A DNA stretch of 64,000 nucleotides from Candidatus Omnitrophota bacterium. GTDB lineage: Bacteria > Omnitrophota > Gorgyraeia > JABMRN01 > RBG-13-46-9. The notes beneath the pieces are model-generated. The model saw only the letters and a program-made list of their open reading frames with translations. It had not been told where the DNA came from and searched no databases. Each line of letters starts with the position of its first letter. Position 1 is the first letter of the stretch. The DNA lies in contig JAUWBJ010000001.1 in the NCBI GenBank assembly GCA_030605095.1, forward strand, positions 10,942-74,941, written 5' to 3'. A program made the position numbers and the translations under genes. Of this stretch, positions 1 through 9,966 are shown piece by piece.

Positions 1-2
1 TC

Positions 3-488
3 GAGGTAACTGTGGTGCCTGAGCTATCATCTGTGGGATTGCAAGGGCAACCAATTAGATTAGTGACTTTTCCTTCTTTTAATGCACATCAACTTGCAGC
101 ACTCCGTGCGGAATTACAGCCATCTAGTTTTAGTTTTATTCATGGGATACCTCATTTACCTGAAAATGCTTGGCGGCCAGAGGCTATAAAAAAGTTAAAT
201 CATATTGAAGAAATTTTACGAAGAGAAGATATGAATGCAAGTACTTTTGATTATCGCGAGACATTAGATTGCCTTTTAACGACTTATGGAACACATGGCG
301 TAATGGAACGTTTAATTCTATCTCCGATAGGTAGTAAACTGCAGACTGTCGCAGTAGGTATTTTTAAGTCATTTCTAGAGGACATTCAAATTGCTTATCC
401 TACCCCTCGTACGTTTGTTTCTCCTACCGATTACACAAAGGGAGTACGTGCTATTTACAGTTTATGCTTGCAAGATTTTTGTATTTGA
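3..488 (+). CDS. 5'-truncated hypothetical protein (C-terminal part)
   Basis: Frame open from the window edge to TGA at 486-488; contains LSPIGSKLQ and YPTP motifs; no confident family call. Confidence 0.6.
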   Translation, partial: EVTVVPELSSVGLQGQPIRLVTFPSFNAHQLAALRAELQPSSFSFIHGIPHLPENAWRPEAIKKLNHIEEILRREDMNASTFDYRETLDCLLTTYGTHGVMERLILSPIGSKLQTVAVGIFKSFLEDIQIAYPTPRTFVSPTDYTKGVRAIYSLCLQDFCI

Positions 489-526
489 TTTTCCTACCTA
501 TTCAGCAATCACAATCGGACGGCTTT

Positions 527-651
527 ATCCCGAAGTATCGGGATTCCGTATCGCCCTTTATAGGCCTGTTTTCCTTAAAAAAATCAAACACCTTTTAAAA
601 GTTTTTTGGCTCCTCCTACGTTGAATTGCTTACACGTTCAGCTACGTAGGA
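527..651. repeat. Two short REP-like palindromes
   Basis: ATCCCGA-AGTA-TCGGGAT (527-544) and TCCTACGT...ACGTAGGA (614-651), both intergenic. Confidence 0.45.
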
Positions 652-700
652 CTCTGCAAACATTCCTTTTCCAAAAAAGTAAAATCTTCACAATTTTCCC

Positions 701-749
701 TTGACTTCTTTTGTGAAAAATGGTACAAAGTCTGTGAAGGTTGTTACAG
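701..749 (+). promoter_or_regulatory. Sigma70 promoter overlapped by two tandem Rex operators
   Basis: TTGACT(701-706)-N17-TACAAA(724-729); TTGTGAA-AAAT-GGTACAA (711-728) and CTGTGAA-GGTT-GTTACAG (732-749) resemble Rex consensus TTGTGAA-N4-TTCACAA, directly upstream of rex. Confidence 0.75.
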
Positions 750-1379
750 ATGGGACAGAAGAAAATACCCGAAAGCACAATACCGCGGTTGGTTGTATAC
801 TTACGAGAAATCACAGCGCTTGCAAATATGAATATTCGGACCATATCGTCTGCCGAATTGGGGGAGAGAGTAAACTTAAGTGACGTGCAGGTCAGAAAGG
901 ACCTCGGGTATTTCGGCCAGTTCGGTGTAAGCGGTTCGGGATACGATACGACTGAACTAAAAGCCGCGTTAGAGAAGATACTGGGCAAGAATAAAACATG
1001 GAATGTGGCAGTTGTCGGGGTAGGGCACCTGGGTTCAGCGCTTTTGGCATATCCCGGATTTAAGAAACACGGGCTTAATCTGCTGATTGCATTTGATTCT
1101 GACACAAAAAAGATAGGAAAATCCATGAGCGGTGTCGCGATACAGTCTACAGATGAAATGCCAAAGGCAATCAAAGATAAAAAGATTTCTATAGGGGTTG
1201 TAGCTGTTCCCGCCGAACGCGCTCAAGAGGTTGCGGATAAACTTGTTTCAGCCGGCATTAAATGTATTCTGAATTTTGCACCTGCTTCGCTTAATGTACC
1301 GGAAGATATCAAGGTAAAGGATGTAGATCTTTCAAGAGAGCTTGAAACGCTCTCTTATTTTTTAGTCAATAAAAAATAA
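750..1379 (+). CDS. rex: Redox-sensing transcriptional repressor Rex
   Basis: IPESTIPRL..Y, QVRKDLGYFG..G.SG.GY, VGVGHLG, ILNFAP motifs; ATG at 750 preferred over TTG at 741. Confidence 0.95.
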   Translation: MGQKKIPESTIPRLVVYLREITALANMNIRTISSAELGERVNLSDVQVRKDLGYFGQFGVSGSGYDTTELKAALEKILGKNKTWNVAVVGVGHLGSALLAYPGFKKHGLNLLIAFDSDTKKIGKSMSGVAIQSTDEMPKAIKDKKISIGVVAVPAERAQEVADKLVSAGIKCILNFAPASLNVPEDIKVKDVDLSRELETLSYFLVNKK

Positions 1380-1380
1380 C

Positions 1381-2406
1381 ATGCATTATATTTCCCAAAA
1401 TAATTTTTTTAAACTACTTGATGCATTAAAATCCAGTTATGAAGTTTACGTTCCTATAAAAAAAGGTGAACAGCGTTTTTACAAAAAATATATTGAACCT
1501 ACGGATGACATCGTAATCGGCGAGGTAAGGCCGTTTGAGCCGGTTAAGGCCTTCTTTGCGCAAGCAAGGGAAATAGTCGCAGAAGGTTTTAAAGATGATA
1601 TACCGCACAGCTCTGATAAGCCGTTTGCTATTATAGGAGTAAAAGCCTGCGACCTTAAAGGTTTTAAAGTCCAGGACCACGTATTTAAGAATCACGATTA
1701 TCAGGATCCATTCTACATTAAAAATCGCGAACAGAATCTTATAATAAGCGCAGATTGCACCTCTGTCATTGATACATGTTTTTGTCTTGCCTTAGGCATT
1801 AAACCCCATCCCCAGGAAGATTTCGATATCAATCTTTCCGAGATTAAAAGAGGCTTTGTTACAACGACGGGCTCCGATAAAGGAAAAGAGCTCCTTAAAA
1901 GATATTCTTCTTTATTTCAGGAAGCGGCCAAGGCAATTATTAATAAAAAAGAGCTGCAAAGAGCCAAGGTTATCGAGAAGGTAAAGGAGAATATCAGAGA
2001 GAATAAGGTGCCGCGTGAAGACTTATATAAAGGTATTATAGAGAGGAACTATGAATCTGATATCTGGCCGGAAGAGGCAAAGGAATGCGTAGAATGCGGG
2101 GCATGTAATACTATCTGTCCAACATGCCACTGTTTTCTCTTATATGACGAGAAAGATGATAAAAAGATGGAGCGTTTACGTATCTGGGATTCGTGTATGG
2201 TAAAGGATTTTGCGAGTGTCGCCGGAGGCGCTAATCCAAGGCCAAAGCTCTGGATGAGACTCCGAAACAGATTTGAGAAGAAATTCGACTTTTTCCCGAA
2301 AGTTGCCGATATTTATGCTTGCACAGGATGCGGCCGCTGCATATCCGCGTGTCCGGGAAAGATTGATATAAGGAAAGTCCTAACGAGATTAGTAGGAAAT
2401 GTATAG
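1381..2406 (+). CDS. 4Fe-4S dicluster protein, sulfhydrogenase beta / AsrA family
   Basis: GVKACD, FCLALG, CVECGACNTICPTCHC, RIWDSC, CTGCGRCISACP. Confidence 0.85.
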   Translation: MHYISQNNFFKLLDALKSSYEVYVPIKKGEQRFYKKYIEPTDDIVIGEVRPFEPVKAFFAQAREIVAEGFKDDIPHSSDKPFAIIGVKACDLKGFKVQDHVFKNHDYQDPFYIKNREQNLIISADCTSVIDTCFCLALGIKPHPQEDFDINLSEIKRGFVTTTGSDKGKELLKRYSSLFQEAAKAIINKKELQRAKVIEKVKENIRENKVPREDLYKGIIERNYESDIWPEEAKECVECGACNTICPTCHCFLLYDEKDDKKMERLRIWDSCMVKDFASVAGGANPRPKLWMRLRNRFEKKFDFFPKVADIYACTGCGRCISACPGKIDIRKVLTRLVGNV

Positions 2407-3223
2407 ATCCAAGAATCCATATAGGCCAATCAAGACAGAGGTTCTCGACGTTATAAAAGAAACACCCACCATAAAAACCTTAAAGCTTAGGCCGGAAGAA
2501 CCAATAAGCTTTAAGACAGGTCAATTTATAGAGTTAACAATACCGGGAATAGGCGAGGCGCCTTTTACGCCTTCTTCGAAACCTTTTGTAACCGATGAGA
2601 TGGAAGTAACCGTAATGAAGGTGGGTAAGGTTACCGAGGAAATTCACCGGCTTAAAAAAGGTGATACCGTGGGATTGAGGGGGCCTTTTGGAAGCGGTTA
2701 TCCGTTGGATGATTTTAAGGGTAAAGAGGTGCTGGTTGTGGGCGGGGGATGCGGTTTTGCGCCACTTCGGAGCCTGATGTATTCCCTTTTTGGCATGAGC
2801 GGGGAATTTAAGAAGTTATTTTTCAGGGGCGGGTGTAAAAATCCCTCGGAATTTTTGTATAAACAAGAGATAGAAGAATGGACGAAGAGAGAAGACCTAA
2901 ATATCGCGCTTACGGTTGATACAGGCGACGAAACGTGGAAGAGAAACGTCGGCCTTGTGACCACTATCTTAGATAACGTAGAGATGGATTACAAAGATGG
3001 TATTGCGATCGTCTGCGGCCCCCCGATAATGATGAAGTTTGCAACTAAGAAACTACTGGATATGGGTTTTGAAGAGAAGAATCTCTATCTTTCCATGGAA
3101 AAGAATATGTCCTGTGGTATCGGCAAGTGCGGCCATTGCAGGATAGGGATATATTACGCATGCAAGGACGGCCCTGTTTTTCAGTATAGCAAGATAAAAG
3201 ATTTTCCGGAGATTTGGGAATAA
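2399..3223 (+). CDS. FAD/NAD(P)-binding oxidoreductase, sulfhydrogenase gamma / AsrB family
   Basis: GEAPF, RGPFG, VGGGCGFAPLRS, CGPPIMM, MSCGIGKCGHC...CKDGPVF [2Fe-2S] motif. Confidence 0.88.
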   Translation: MYRSKNPYRPIKTEVLDVIKETPTIKTLKLRPEEPISFKTGQFIELTIPGIGEAPFTPSSKPFVTDEMEVTVMKVGKVTEEIHRLKKGDTVGLRGPFGSGYPLDDFKGKEVLVVGGGCGFAPLRSLMYSLFGMSGEFKKLFFRGGCKNPSEFLYKQEIEEWTKREDLNIALTVDTGDETWKRNVGLVTTILDNVEMDYKDGIAIVCGPPIMMKFATKKLLDMGFEEKNLYLSMEKNMSCGIGKCGHCRIGIYYACKDGPVFQYSKIKDFPEIWE

Positions 3224-3720
3224 TGGACAAAAAGCTATTTATTGACCTCGATATATGCGCCGCAGGCGAGTGTAAAGAGTGCGAGATTAAATGTAGCTAT
3301 TTGTATCATCCGGATAACAACGGTATTATTTCCATTGCTGAACTTGTAACTTACGCCCTCGTCTGCCGAAAATGCGAAGAGGCGCATTGTGTAAATGCAT
3401 GTCCGGTTGAGGCCCTTGAGCAGCAAAAAGATAAAGACAAGTTGTTGGTAAGGCATAATATGCGTTGCATCAGCTGTAAATCGTGCTCTCATGCCTGTCC
3501 TTACGGGAGTATTTATCCGGAACTCGTTCCTCTATTAGACCATAATTGTGATTTTTGCCTTGATAGAAGGGATGAAAAGGATGAGCCTTTATGTATAAAA
3601 ACCTGCTCTTACGGGGCGCTAAGCTTAAAGATGGGCGATATTAAATTGGATGAAAATACTTTTCTCGTAGGAGATTACCTGATGGTTCATTCTACGCATT
3701 GGGATAGGGAAAAGGTATGA
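3223..3720 (+). CDS. Ferredoxin-like Fe-S subunit (HycB/HydN-like)
   Basis: CRKCEEAHCVNACP, CISCKSCSHACP, CDFC...PLCIKTC; ATG overlaps upstream TAA. Confidence 0.8.
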   Translation: MDKKLFIDLDICAAGECKECEIKCSYLYHPDNNGIISIAELVTYALVCRKCEEAHCVNACPVEALEQQKDKDKLLVRHNMRCISCKSCSHACPYGSIYPELVPLLDHNCDFCLDRRDEKDEPLCIKTCSYGALSLKMGDIKLDENTFLVGDYLMVHSTHWDREKV

Positions 3721-4640
3721 TTTACATAGTTTACCTGATATTTTACGGATTTTTGGTAACTGCGATAATCGGGCTTTTAGCCAGCTGGATTGATAGAAAG
3801 GTTACGGCAAGGGTCCAGTATCGGGTGGGGCCTCCGATTTTGCAGCCATTAATAGATATTATAAAGCTTTCGGGAAAGGAAACGCTTATTCCGAGAGGGG
3901 TTTCAAAAATAACCTTTTTGGCAGCGCCCCTTGTCGGATTATCAGGCGTGATATTGGTTTCCACTTTGTTGTGGGTAAATAATATAAACCAGAGCAATAG
4001 TTTTATGGGAGACCTGATAGTAGCGATATATCTTCTGGCTATTCCTTCCATAAGTATTATTATGGGCGGTTTTGCGTCAGGGAATCCGCTCGCAAGCCTC
4101 GGGGCCTCGCGTGAAATGAAACTTATCTTAAGTTACGAACTTCCCTTCGTGCTCGCGGTATTTGTTCCTGTGATAAGATCCGGATTTGCCATCAAACTCG
4201 GCCAGATTTTAACTTTTCAAGCTGAGAATGGGGTTATTGTCGGAAGCTGGTCAGGGGCTCTGGCTTTAATTGTTGTTATACTCTGCATGCAGGCAAAACT
4301 GGCGCTCGTTCCCTTTGATATGCCGGAGGCAGAAACAGAGATTATGGGCGGGACGCTAATAGAATATTCCGGTTCCGGGCTTGCCGTTTATCGCCTTATG
4401 AAGAATATGCTTTTATTTACACTGCCTTTCTTTGTGATAATTCTCTTTATGGGCGGGTTAAGGCTGGATGGTATGCACCTTTTATACGGGATATTAAGAT
4501 ATGTCGGATTGGTGGCGCTTATAACGGTTATACGAAATACCAACCCGCGCGTAAGAATCGACCAGGCCGTCAGGTTTTTCTGGGGGCCGGTAACTGTCAT
4601 TGCGATAATAGCGGTTGTGTTGGCGTTTAGGGGTTTATAA
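3717..4640 (+). CDS. Hydrogenase membrane anchor subunit (NuoH/MbhM/HycD-like)
   Basis: DRKVTARVQYRVGPP, PFDMPEAETE, EYSG, PRVRIDQ. Confidence 0.92.
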   Translation: MIYIVYLIFYGFLVTAIIGLLASWIDRKVTARVQYRVGPPILQPLIDIIKLSGKETLIPRGVSKITFLAAPLVGLSGVILVSTLLWVNNINQSNSFMGDLIVAIYLLAIPSISIIMGGFASGNPLASLGASREMKLILSYELPFVLAVFVPVIRSGFAIKLGQILTFQAENGVIVGSWSGALALIVVILCMQAKLALVPFDMPEAETEIMGGTLIEYSGSGLAVYRLMKNMLLFTLPFFVIILFMGGLRLDGMHLLYGILRYVGLVALITVIRNTNPRVRIDQAVRFFWGPVTVIAIIAVVLAFRGL

Positions 4641-4641
4641 T

Positions 4642-5064
4642 ATGGGCGTAAAATTAAAGGCATTGTTAAAATCACCCTGGGTATTTCATCTTTCTACCGG
4701 AAGTTGCAATAACTGTGATATCGAAATATTAGACTGCCTTACGCCGAGATTCGATATCGAAAGGTTCGGCATGCTTTTGGCGGGAAGCATAAAGCACGCC
4801 GACGTACTTCTCGTTACAGGTTCCGGTAACAGAAAATCCATGGAAAGGGTAAAACGATTATATGAACAGGTGCCAAAACCCTGCCTGGTGGTTGCCATTG
4901 GCGAATGTTCCTTATCGAGAGGCATGTTTATACATAGCTATAATTGCCCTGTACCTGTAGATAAGGTTATACCGGTTGATGTCTATATACCCGGATGCCC
5001 CCCTAAACCGGAGGCGATTATTGCCGGGGTTGTGAAGTTGATAGGGAAAGTTGGAGGGAAATGA
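4642..5064 (+). CDS. Group 4 [NiFe]-hydrogenase small subunit (NuoB/MbhJ-like)
   Basis: GSCNNCDIE, ADVLLVTG, IGEC, VDVYIPGCPPKPE. Confidence 0.92.
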   Translation: MGVKLKALLKSPWVFHLSTGSCNNCDIEILDCLTPRFDIERFGMLLAGSIKHADVLLVTGSGNRKSMERVKRLYEQVPKPCLVVAIGECSLSRGMFIHSYNCPVPVDKVIPVDVYIPGCPPKPEAIIAGVVKLIGKVGGK

Positions 5065-5534
5065 GAAGAGAAGAGGTTTTAAAAGATATAAGGGAGAGAT
5101 TTAAGGAAGATATTCTCGACATCATCGATAAATCTCCGAAGAGGGTATACATAGAGATTAAACCCGATTCGATAAGAGAGGTTGCGAAATACATTTTTAA
5201 GGATTTGGGCGCAAGGTTTAATATTGCTTCAGGGGTGGACGCAAGGGAGCATATGGAGATTCTTTATCATTTTACTTTTGAAGATATAAATCTGTTGATT
5301 TCATTTCGAGTAAAGCTCGAAAAATCGAAATTAGAGATAGATTCACTCGCATCTGTCTTTGAAGGCGCAAACTGGATAGAGAGAGAGATTCACGAACTTT
5401 TAGGTATAAATTTTAAAGGCCATCCCGATTTGAGAAAATTGCTTTTACCTGACAACTGGCCCAAAGGCGTGTACCCTTTAAGACGTGATTACAAAGAGTG
5501 GGATAAGAAGGCGATTAGGGATAGGGGAGTGTAA
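5061..5534 (+). CDS. NuoC/MbhK-like subunit
   Basis: ANWIEREIHELLGINFKGHPDLRKLLLPD.WP...YPLRRD. Confidence 0.92.
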   Translation: MRREEVLKDIRERFKEDILDIIDKSPKRVYIEIKPDSIREVAKYIFKDLGARFNIASGVDAREHMEILYHFTFEDINLLISFRVKLEKSKLEIDSLASVFEGANWIEREIHELLGINFKGHPDLRKLLLPDNWPKGVYPLRRDYKEWDKKAIRDRGV

Positions 5535-6713
5535 ATGGCGAAGACAATAATTCCGATAGGCCCGTATCATCCTTTACAGGAAGAGCCGGAATTTTTTACT
5601 CTTACCGTTGACGGTGAGCGTGTCGTAGATATAGATGTGAGGATAGGGTATAATCATAGAGGCATAGAGAAGCTCTCCGAGATGAAGACCTTTGACCAGT
5701 CCACCTTTGTTATTGAAAGAATATGCGGTATATGTTCTACAAGCCATCCCTTTGCTTACACAAGGGCAGTAGAGGATATTATCGGTGTAGAGGTACCCGA
5801 GAGAGCAAAATATATAAGGACTATAATTGCTGAAGGCGAAAGGATACATTCGCATCTATTGTGGTTAGGTCTTGCCGGCCACTTTTTAGGATATAATACA
5901 GTCTACATGTGGGCGTGGAAACTGAGAGAGGAAATCCTGGATGTAATGGAGATTCTCTCCGGAAACAGAAATAACTATGCCATGTTTAAACCCGGTGGGG
6001 TAAGAAGAGATATTAAATCCGGAGATATTCCCGGCGTGATTAAGAAAATAGATTCTATCGTGCCGACGCTAACAATGCTTAAGAAAGCCGTTATCGATGA
6101 CCCTGTTTTACACGCTCGCACAAAAGGAATAGGCGTCCTTTCTAAAGAAGATGCCATAAATTATAGCGCTCTTGGCCCTACATCGCGAGCTTCGGGAGTA
6201 GCTAGAGATGTAAGAAAAGATTCTCCCTACGGAGTTTATGATAAAGTAGAATGGGACATGATAGTTACGCAAAATGGCGATGTCTTTGATAAAGCGGTTG
6301 TGAGGATACTGGAAGCTTTTGAGTCGATAAAGATAATGAAATACTGCCTTTTAAAGCTGCCTAAAGGAGAAATAGATTTAAATATAAAGAACATCCCTCC
6401 CGGAGAAGGTATCGGCCATATCGAGGCACCGAGGGGCGAGGTATTTCACTATGTAAGGTCTGACGGCACAAATAGACCCGTCCGGCACAAAGTAAGGGCG
6501 CCTACGTTTATGAATTTACCTACATATAAAGCAACCGTTGTAGGAGAAACAATATCAGATGCGACAATAATTCTGGCTGCTATCGACCCGTGCTATTGCT
6601 GTACGGAACGAATGGCAGTACGAAATATAAAAGGAAAGAAACTATATAATGGAGAGGACTTGATTAAGCTTTCGCAGGAGAAGACCGAGAAAGTAAGAAG
6701 AGGCCTAAAATGA
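5535..6713 (+). CDS. Group 4 [NiFe]-hydrogenase large subunit (MbhL-like)
   Basis: GPYHP, RICGIC (L1), EAPRGE, DPCYCCTER (L2) plus a C-terminal extension consistent with protease processing. Confidence 0.93.
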   Translation: MAKTIIPIGPYHPLQEEPEFFTLTVDGERVVDIDVRIGYNHRGIEKLSEMKTFDQSTFVIERICGICSTSHPFAYTRAVEDIIGVEVPERAKYIRTIIAEGERIHSHLLWLGLAGHFLGYNTVYMWAWKLREEILDVMEILSGNRNNYAMFKPGGVRRDIKSGDIPGVIKKIDSIVPTLTMLKKAVIDDPVLHARTKGIGVLSKEDAINYSALGPTSRASGVARDVRKDSPYGVYDKVEWDMIVTQNGDVFDKAVVRILEAFESIKIMKYCLLKLPKGEIDLNIKNIPPGEGIGHIEAPRGEVFHYVRSDGTNRPVRHKVRAPTFMNLPTYKATVVGETISDATIILAAIDPCYCCTERMAVRNIKGKKLYNGEDLIKLSQEKTEKVRRGLK

Positions 6714-7333
6714 AAGAGAAAATTATTGCGAATCTCAAGAAAATGACAGACGTTCTCTCAGAGATGGTCGGCCTTGTATATCAGGGGTTCATAGAAAATG
6801 ATGCTCATTATTTAAACAGGGCGTTAAACAAAGAGCGCATAATGGATGATTTTGAAAAGGAGATAACTGCCTCCATTGTCCAGGTTTTCAAGACGCTGGA
6901 TAAAAAAAAGCAAAAAGAATTTGTTTTACTTGAACAAACTGCGCAAAATATAGAACGAATGGGCGATGAATTACGTTCTTTAATGGAACGCATAGAAATT
7001 AAGATCGCAGAAAACCTTTTCTTTAGTGAAATGGGCGTAGAGCAATATAAAGAAACTTTTGAAAAAATGAGAAAATCTGTAAACCTGACTATAGAGTTTT
7101 TAAATGAAGATAAACACGAACTTTTAAAAATGATATTAAAAAATGGCGATGAAATTAAAGAAACAGTTGAGAAATATAGAACAGAACATCTTGAGCGTCT
7201 GGCAAAGGGTATTTGCGAGCCGCGCGCCGCGAACATGTATTTTGACATGCTTGATTTTACGGGGAATATTGCTCGCCATTGCACTAATATAGCGAGAATC
7301 TATAAGGAAAAATATGGATTTAGAATTTTTTAG
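6710..7333 (+). CDS. PhoU-domain protein
   Basis: Two helical repeats with MDDFEKEI, NIERMGD, HLERL..G.C, IARHCTNIA, like the PhoU domains of Na/Pi cotransporters. Confidence 0.7.
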   Translation: MKEKIIANLKKMTDVLSEMVGLVYQGFIENDAHYLNRALNKERIMDDFEKEITASIVQVFKTLDKKKQKEFVLLEQTAQNIERMGDELRSLMERIEIKIAENLFFSEMGVEQYKETFEKMRKSVNLTIEFLNEDKHELLKMILKNGDEIKETVEKYRTEHLERLAKGICEPRAANMYFDMLDFTGNIARHCTNIARIYKEKYGFRIF

Positions 7334-8969
7334 ATTTGATAATCTATCCAATTTTGTAGGGATATTCATAGTCTTCTTTTCTTTGCTGATTATCATTTAT
7401 TCTTTTGGTTTCATGCGCAAAAGAAAAGGGCTCGCCGGCTACTACCTATATATAATCCTTACGTTGATTGCCTCCTTAGGAGTTGTCTTTTCCAATAACC
7501 TCATTTTACTTATGGTATTCTGGGGATTTTTAGCGTTTCTTCTATATTTGTTGATTGGTTTCGGACAAAAGAAAAACACACATTATACGGCTAAGAAAGC
7601 GTTTATAATAATTGGCGGTAGTGATGCTCTTATGCTGTTGGGATTGGCTTTAATCTGGCGTCTTGCAGGAACACTCCAGATGGATAAATTGAGCATAGCG
7701 CTAAATACAAAACCTGCTATCTGGGCCTATCTTTGTCTGGCAATAGGCGCATTTGCTAAAGCAGGGGCTATGCCTCTACATACATGGGTTCCTGATACTG
7801 CCGAAGATGCGCCTACTCCTGTAACGGCATATTTGCCCGCATCTTTAGATAAGCTTCTTGGAATATACTTCTTGGCCAGGATTTCTATGAATGTTTTCCA
7901 GATGAATAACGCTATGAATACGTTTTTGATGGCATTAGGCAGCTTCACAATTGTTGCCGCAGTTATGATGGCACTTATTCAGCATGATTTAAAGAGACTT
8001 TTAGGCTATCACGCCGTAAGCCAGGTCGGATATATGGTGTTAGGAATAGGGACCGGTAACCCGATAGGTATAGCCGGTGGATTGTTTCATATGCTAAACA
8101 ATGCTATATATAAATCGTGCCTCTTTTTGGGCGGTGGCGCGGTAGAGAAAAAGGCCGGAACCACCGATTTAAAGAAATTGGGCGGGTTTGCTAAAATTAT
8201 GCCGATTACCTTTGTTACGTTTTTAATCGCTTCGTTCGCAATATCAGGCGTTCCGCCTTTTAACGGCTTTGCTTCAAAATGGATGGTCTATCAGGGAGTG
8301 ATAGAGACAGCCAAAAATGGCGGGCATCTGTGGATAATATGGCTTGTTGCCGCTCTTTTTGGTAGCGCCCTTACCCTTGCGAGTTTTATGAAACTCGTGC
8401 ACACTGTATTTTTGGGCCAGCCCTCAAAAGCCCACAGCCAAGAGCCAGGAGCTCGCAGTCCTAAAGAAACCGGGCCGACCATGTGGATTCCAACCGTTAT
8501 CTTAGCGGCGTTATGTATTATTTTCGGCGTTTTTGCTTACAGAGTACCACTAAGGATGTTTATCTTACCAAGTTTAAATCAGGCTGTGACCTTTTCCGGC
8601 ACGTGGTTTTCGAGCCTCGCCGGTATTCTGTTATTGGCAGGGATTGCAATTGGTTTTATAATTTATCTTTTAGGTTCAGCAGTTAAGACAAGAGAGGCGC
8701 AAATATTTGTGGGCGGAGAAATTCTAAGCGATGTACCACAAATGAGGGTTTCAGGAGTCGAATTTTATAATACAATAAAAGAAATCGGTATATTAAAAAT
8801 TATCTATAGATTAGCAGAAAAGAAGGCATTTGATATTTATGAGCTGTTAAAGAAATTCTGCTTCATATTTACCAGGATATTACGCTTTATCCATACGGGG
8901 ATTTTGACTACATATCTTATCTGGATATTATTGGGAATGATAATTCTGTTTTTCGTTTTAATGAGATAA
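7314..8969 (+). CDS. Antiporter-like subunit (MrpA/NuoL family)
   Basis: KAGAMPLHTWVPD..EDAPTPV, KRLLGYHAVSQVGY, GVPPFNGFASKW. Confidence 0.9.
   Translation: MDLEFFRFDNLSNFVGIFIVFFSLLIIIYSFGFMRKRKGLAGYYLYIILTLIASLGVVFSNNLILLMVFWGFLAFLLYLLIGFGQKKNTHYTAKKAFIIIGGSDALMLLGLALIWRLAGTLQMDKLSIALNTKPAIWAYLCLAIGAFAKAGAMPLHTWVPDTAEDAPTPVTAYLPASLDKLLGIYFLARISMNVFQMNNAMNTFLMALGSFTIVAAVMMALIQHDLKRLLGYHAVSQVGYMVLGIGTGNPIGIAGGLFHMLNNAIYKSCLFLGGGAVEKKAGTTDLKKLGGFAKIMPITFVTFLIASFAISGVPPFNGFASKWMVYQGVIETAKNGGHLWIIWLVAALFGSALTLASFMKLVHTVFLGQPSKAHSQEPGARSPKETGPTMWIPTVILAALCIIFGVFAYRVPLRMFILPSLNQAVTFSGTWFSSLAGILLLAGIAIGFIIYLLGSAVKTREAQIFVGGEILSDVPQMRVSGVEFYNTIKEIGILKIIYRLAEKKAFDIYELLKKFCFIFTRILRFIHTGILTTYLIWILLGMIILFFVLMR
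8429..8463 (+). repeat. Degenerate heptamer tandem repeat inside CDS
   Basis: AGCCCAC AGCCAAG AGCCAGG AGCTCGC AGTCCTA. Confidence 0.55.
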
Positions 8970-9518
8970 ATGATGATTGAGCTATACATACTTTTATTAT
9001 TTATGATTGCGGCTGCCTTTATTGCAGTCCAGATAAAGGACCTTCTCTCTTCCATTATTGCCGTGGGAGCAGCAGGGCTTGCTTTATCGGTAGCGTTTTT
9101 AATCTTAAAAGCGCCGGACCTGGCTATTACTCAATTAGTAGTAGAAATTCTTTGTCTTATTATCTTAATCAGGGCTACAGTAAAAAGAGACACTGCATCA
9201 ACCAAAGATTTCCGCGGCTTTCTTACCACAATAGTGAGCCTGGTGTTTATCGGGGTATTTCTCTTCTTTGCCTATCTTGCCTTAAAGGAGCTGCCTGATT
9301 TTGGCAAGCCCATAATGAGGGTAGCCGCCAATTTCATCGAGATGGGACAGGCAAAGACCGGTGCCAGCAATTTAGTTAGCTCAGTGATTTTAGATTTCCG
9401 TGCTTATGATACATTGGGTGAAGCAACAGTGCTATTTACAGCGGTAATCGGCACATTAGCGATTTTGCGCCGAATCGGGCGTAAGAAAAAAGATGAGGTC
9501 GTTAAAGAAAATGACTAA
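8970..9518 (+). CDS. MbhD/MbhE-like fused subunit (DUF4040 + MrpA C-terminal part)
   Basis: LKAPDLAITQ and N.VSSVILDFRAYDTLGE motifs. Confidence 0.85.
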   Translation: MMIELYILLLFMIAAAFIAVQIKDLLSSIIAVGAAGLALSVAFLILKAPDLAITQLVVEILCLIILIRATVKRDTASTKDFRGFLTTIVSLVFIGVFLFFAYLALKELPDFGKPIMRVAANFIEMGQAKTGASNLVSSVILDFRAYDTLGEATVLFTAVIGTLAILRRIGRKKKDEVVKEND

Positions 9519-9966
9519 AAATAGCAAAGGCATGACTTTAATTGTCAAGACCATCACCCGGCTTACAGTTGGGCTGATACTTTTATATGGTATCTATATA
9601 GTGCTGCACGGACATCTCACGCCTGGAGGAGGATTTGCGGGCGGAGTGATAATTGCTCTTTCATTTGTCCATCTGATGTTGGCTTTTGGCAAAGAGGTAG
9701 CTTTAAAGAAGGTTTCCCGTCCCATAGCCAGTTTATTTGAGAGTATCGGTGCGCTTATGTTTCTTTCTATTGCGGTAATTGGCTTTGTTGGAGGATATTT
9801 CTTTTTGAACTTTTTTATAAATAAAGGTACCCCATTTAAACTTTTCAGTGCAGGGATTATGCCTTTATGTAATATCGCTATCTCATTTAAGGTGGGAGCA
9901 GGTCTTTTTGCTATATTTGTGGCTCTGGTGTTATTAAAGATAGATTCGGAGGATAAAGAAAGATGA
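9511..9966 (+). CDS. MrpB/MbhF-like subunit
   Basis: HGHLTPGGGFAGG motif. Confidence 0.9.
   Translation: MTKNSKGMTLIVKTITRLTVGLILLYGIYIVLHGHLTPGGGFAGGVIIALSFVHLMLAFGKEVALKKVSRPIASLFESIGALMFLSIAVIGFVGGYFFLNFFINKGTPFKLFSAGIMPLCNIAISFKVGAGLFAIFVALVLLKIDSEDKER

Noticed and set aside
1381-3223. Anaerobic sulfite reductase asrAB
   Set aside because: No asrC siroheme subunit is present and the context is a hydrogenase operon.
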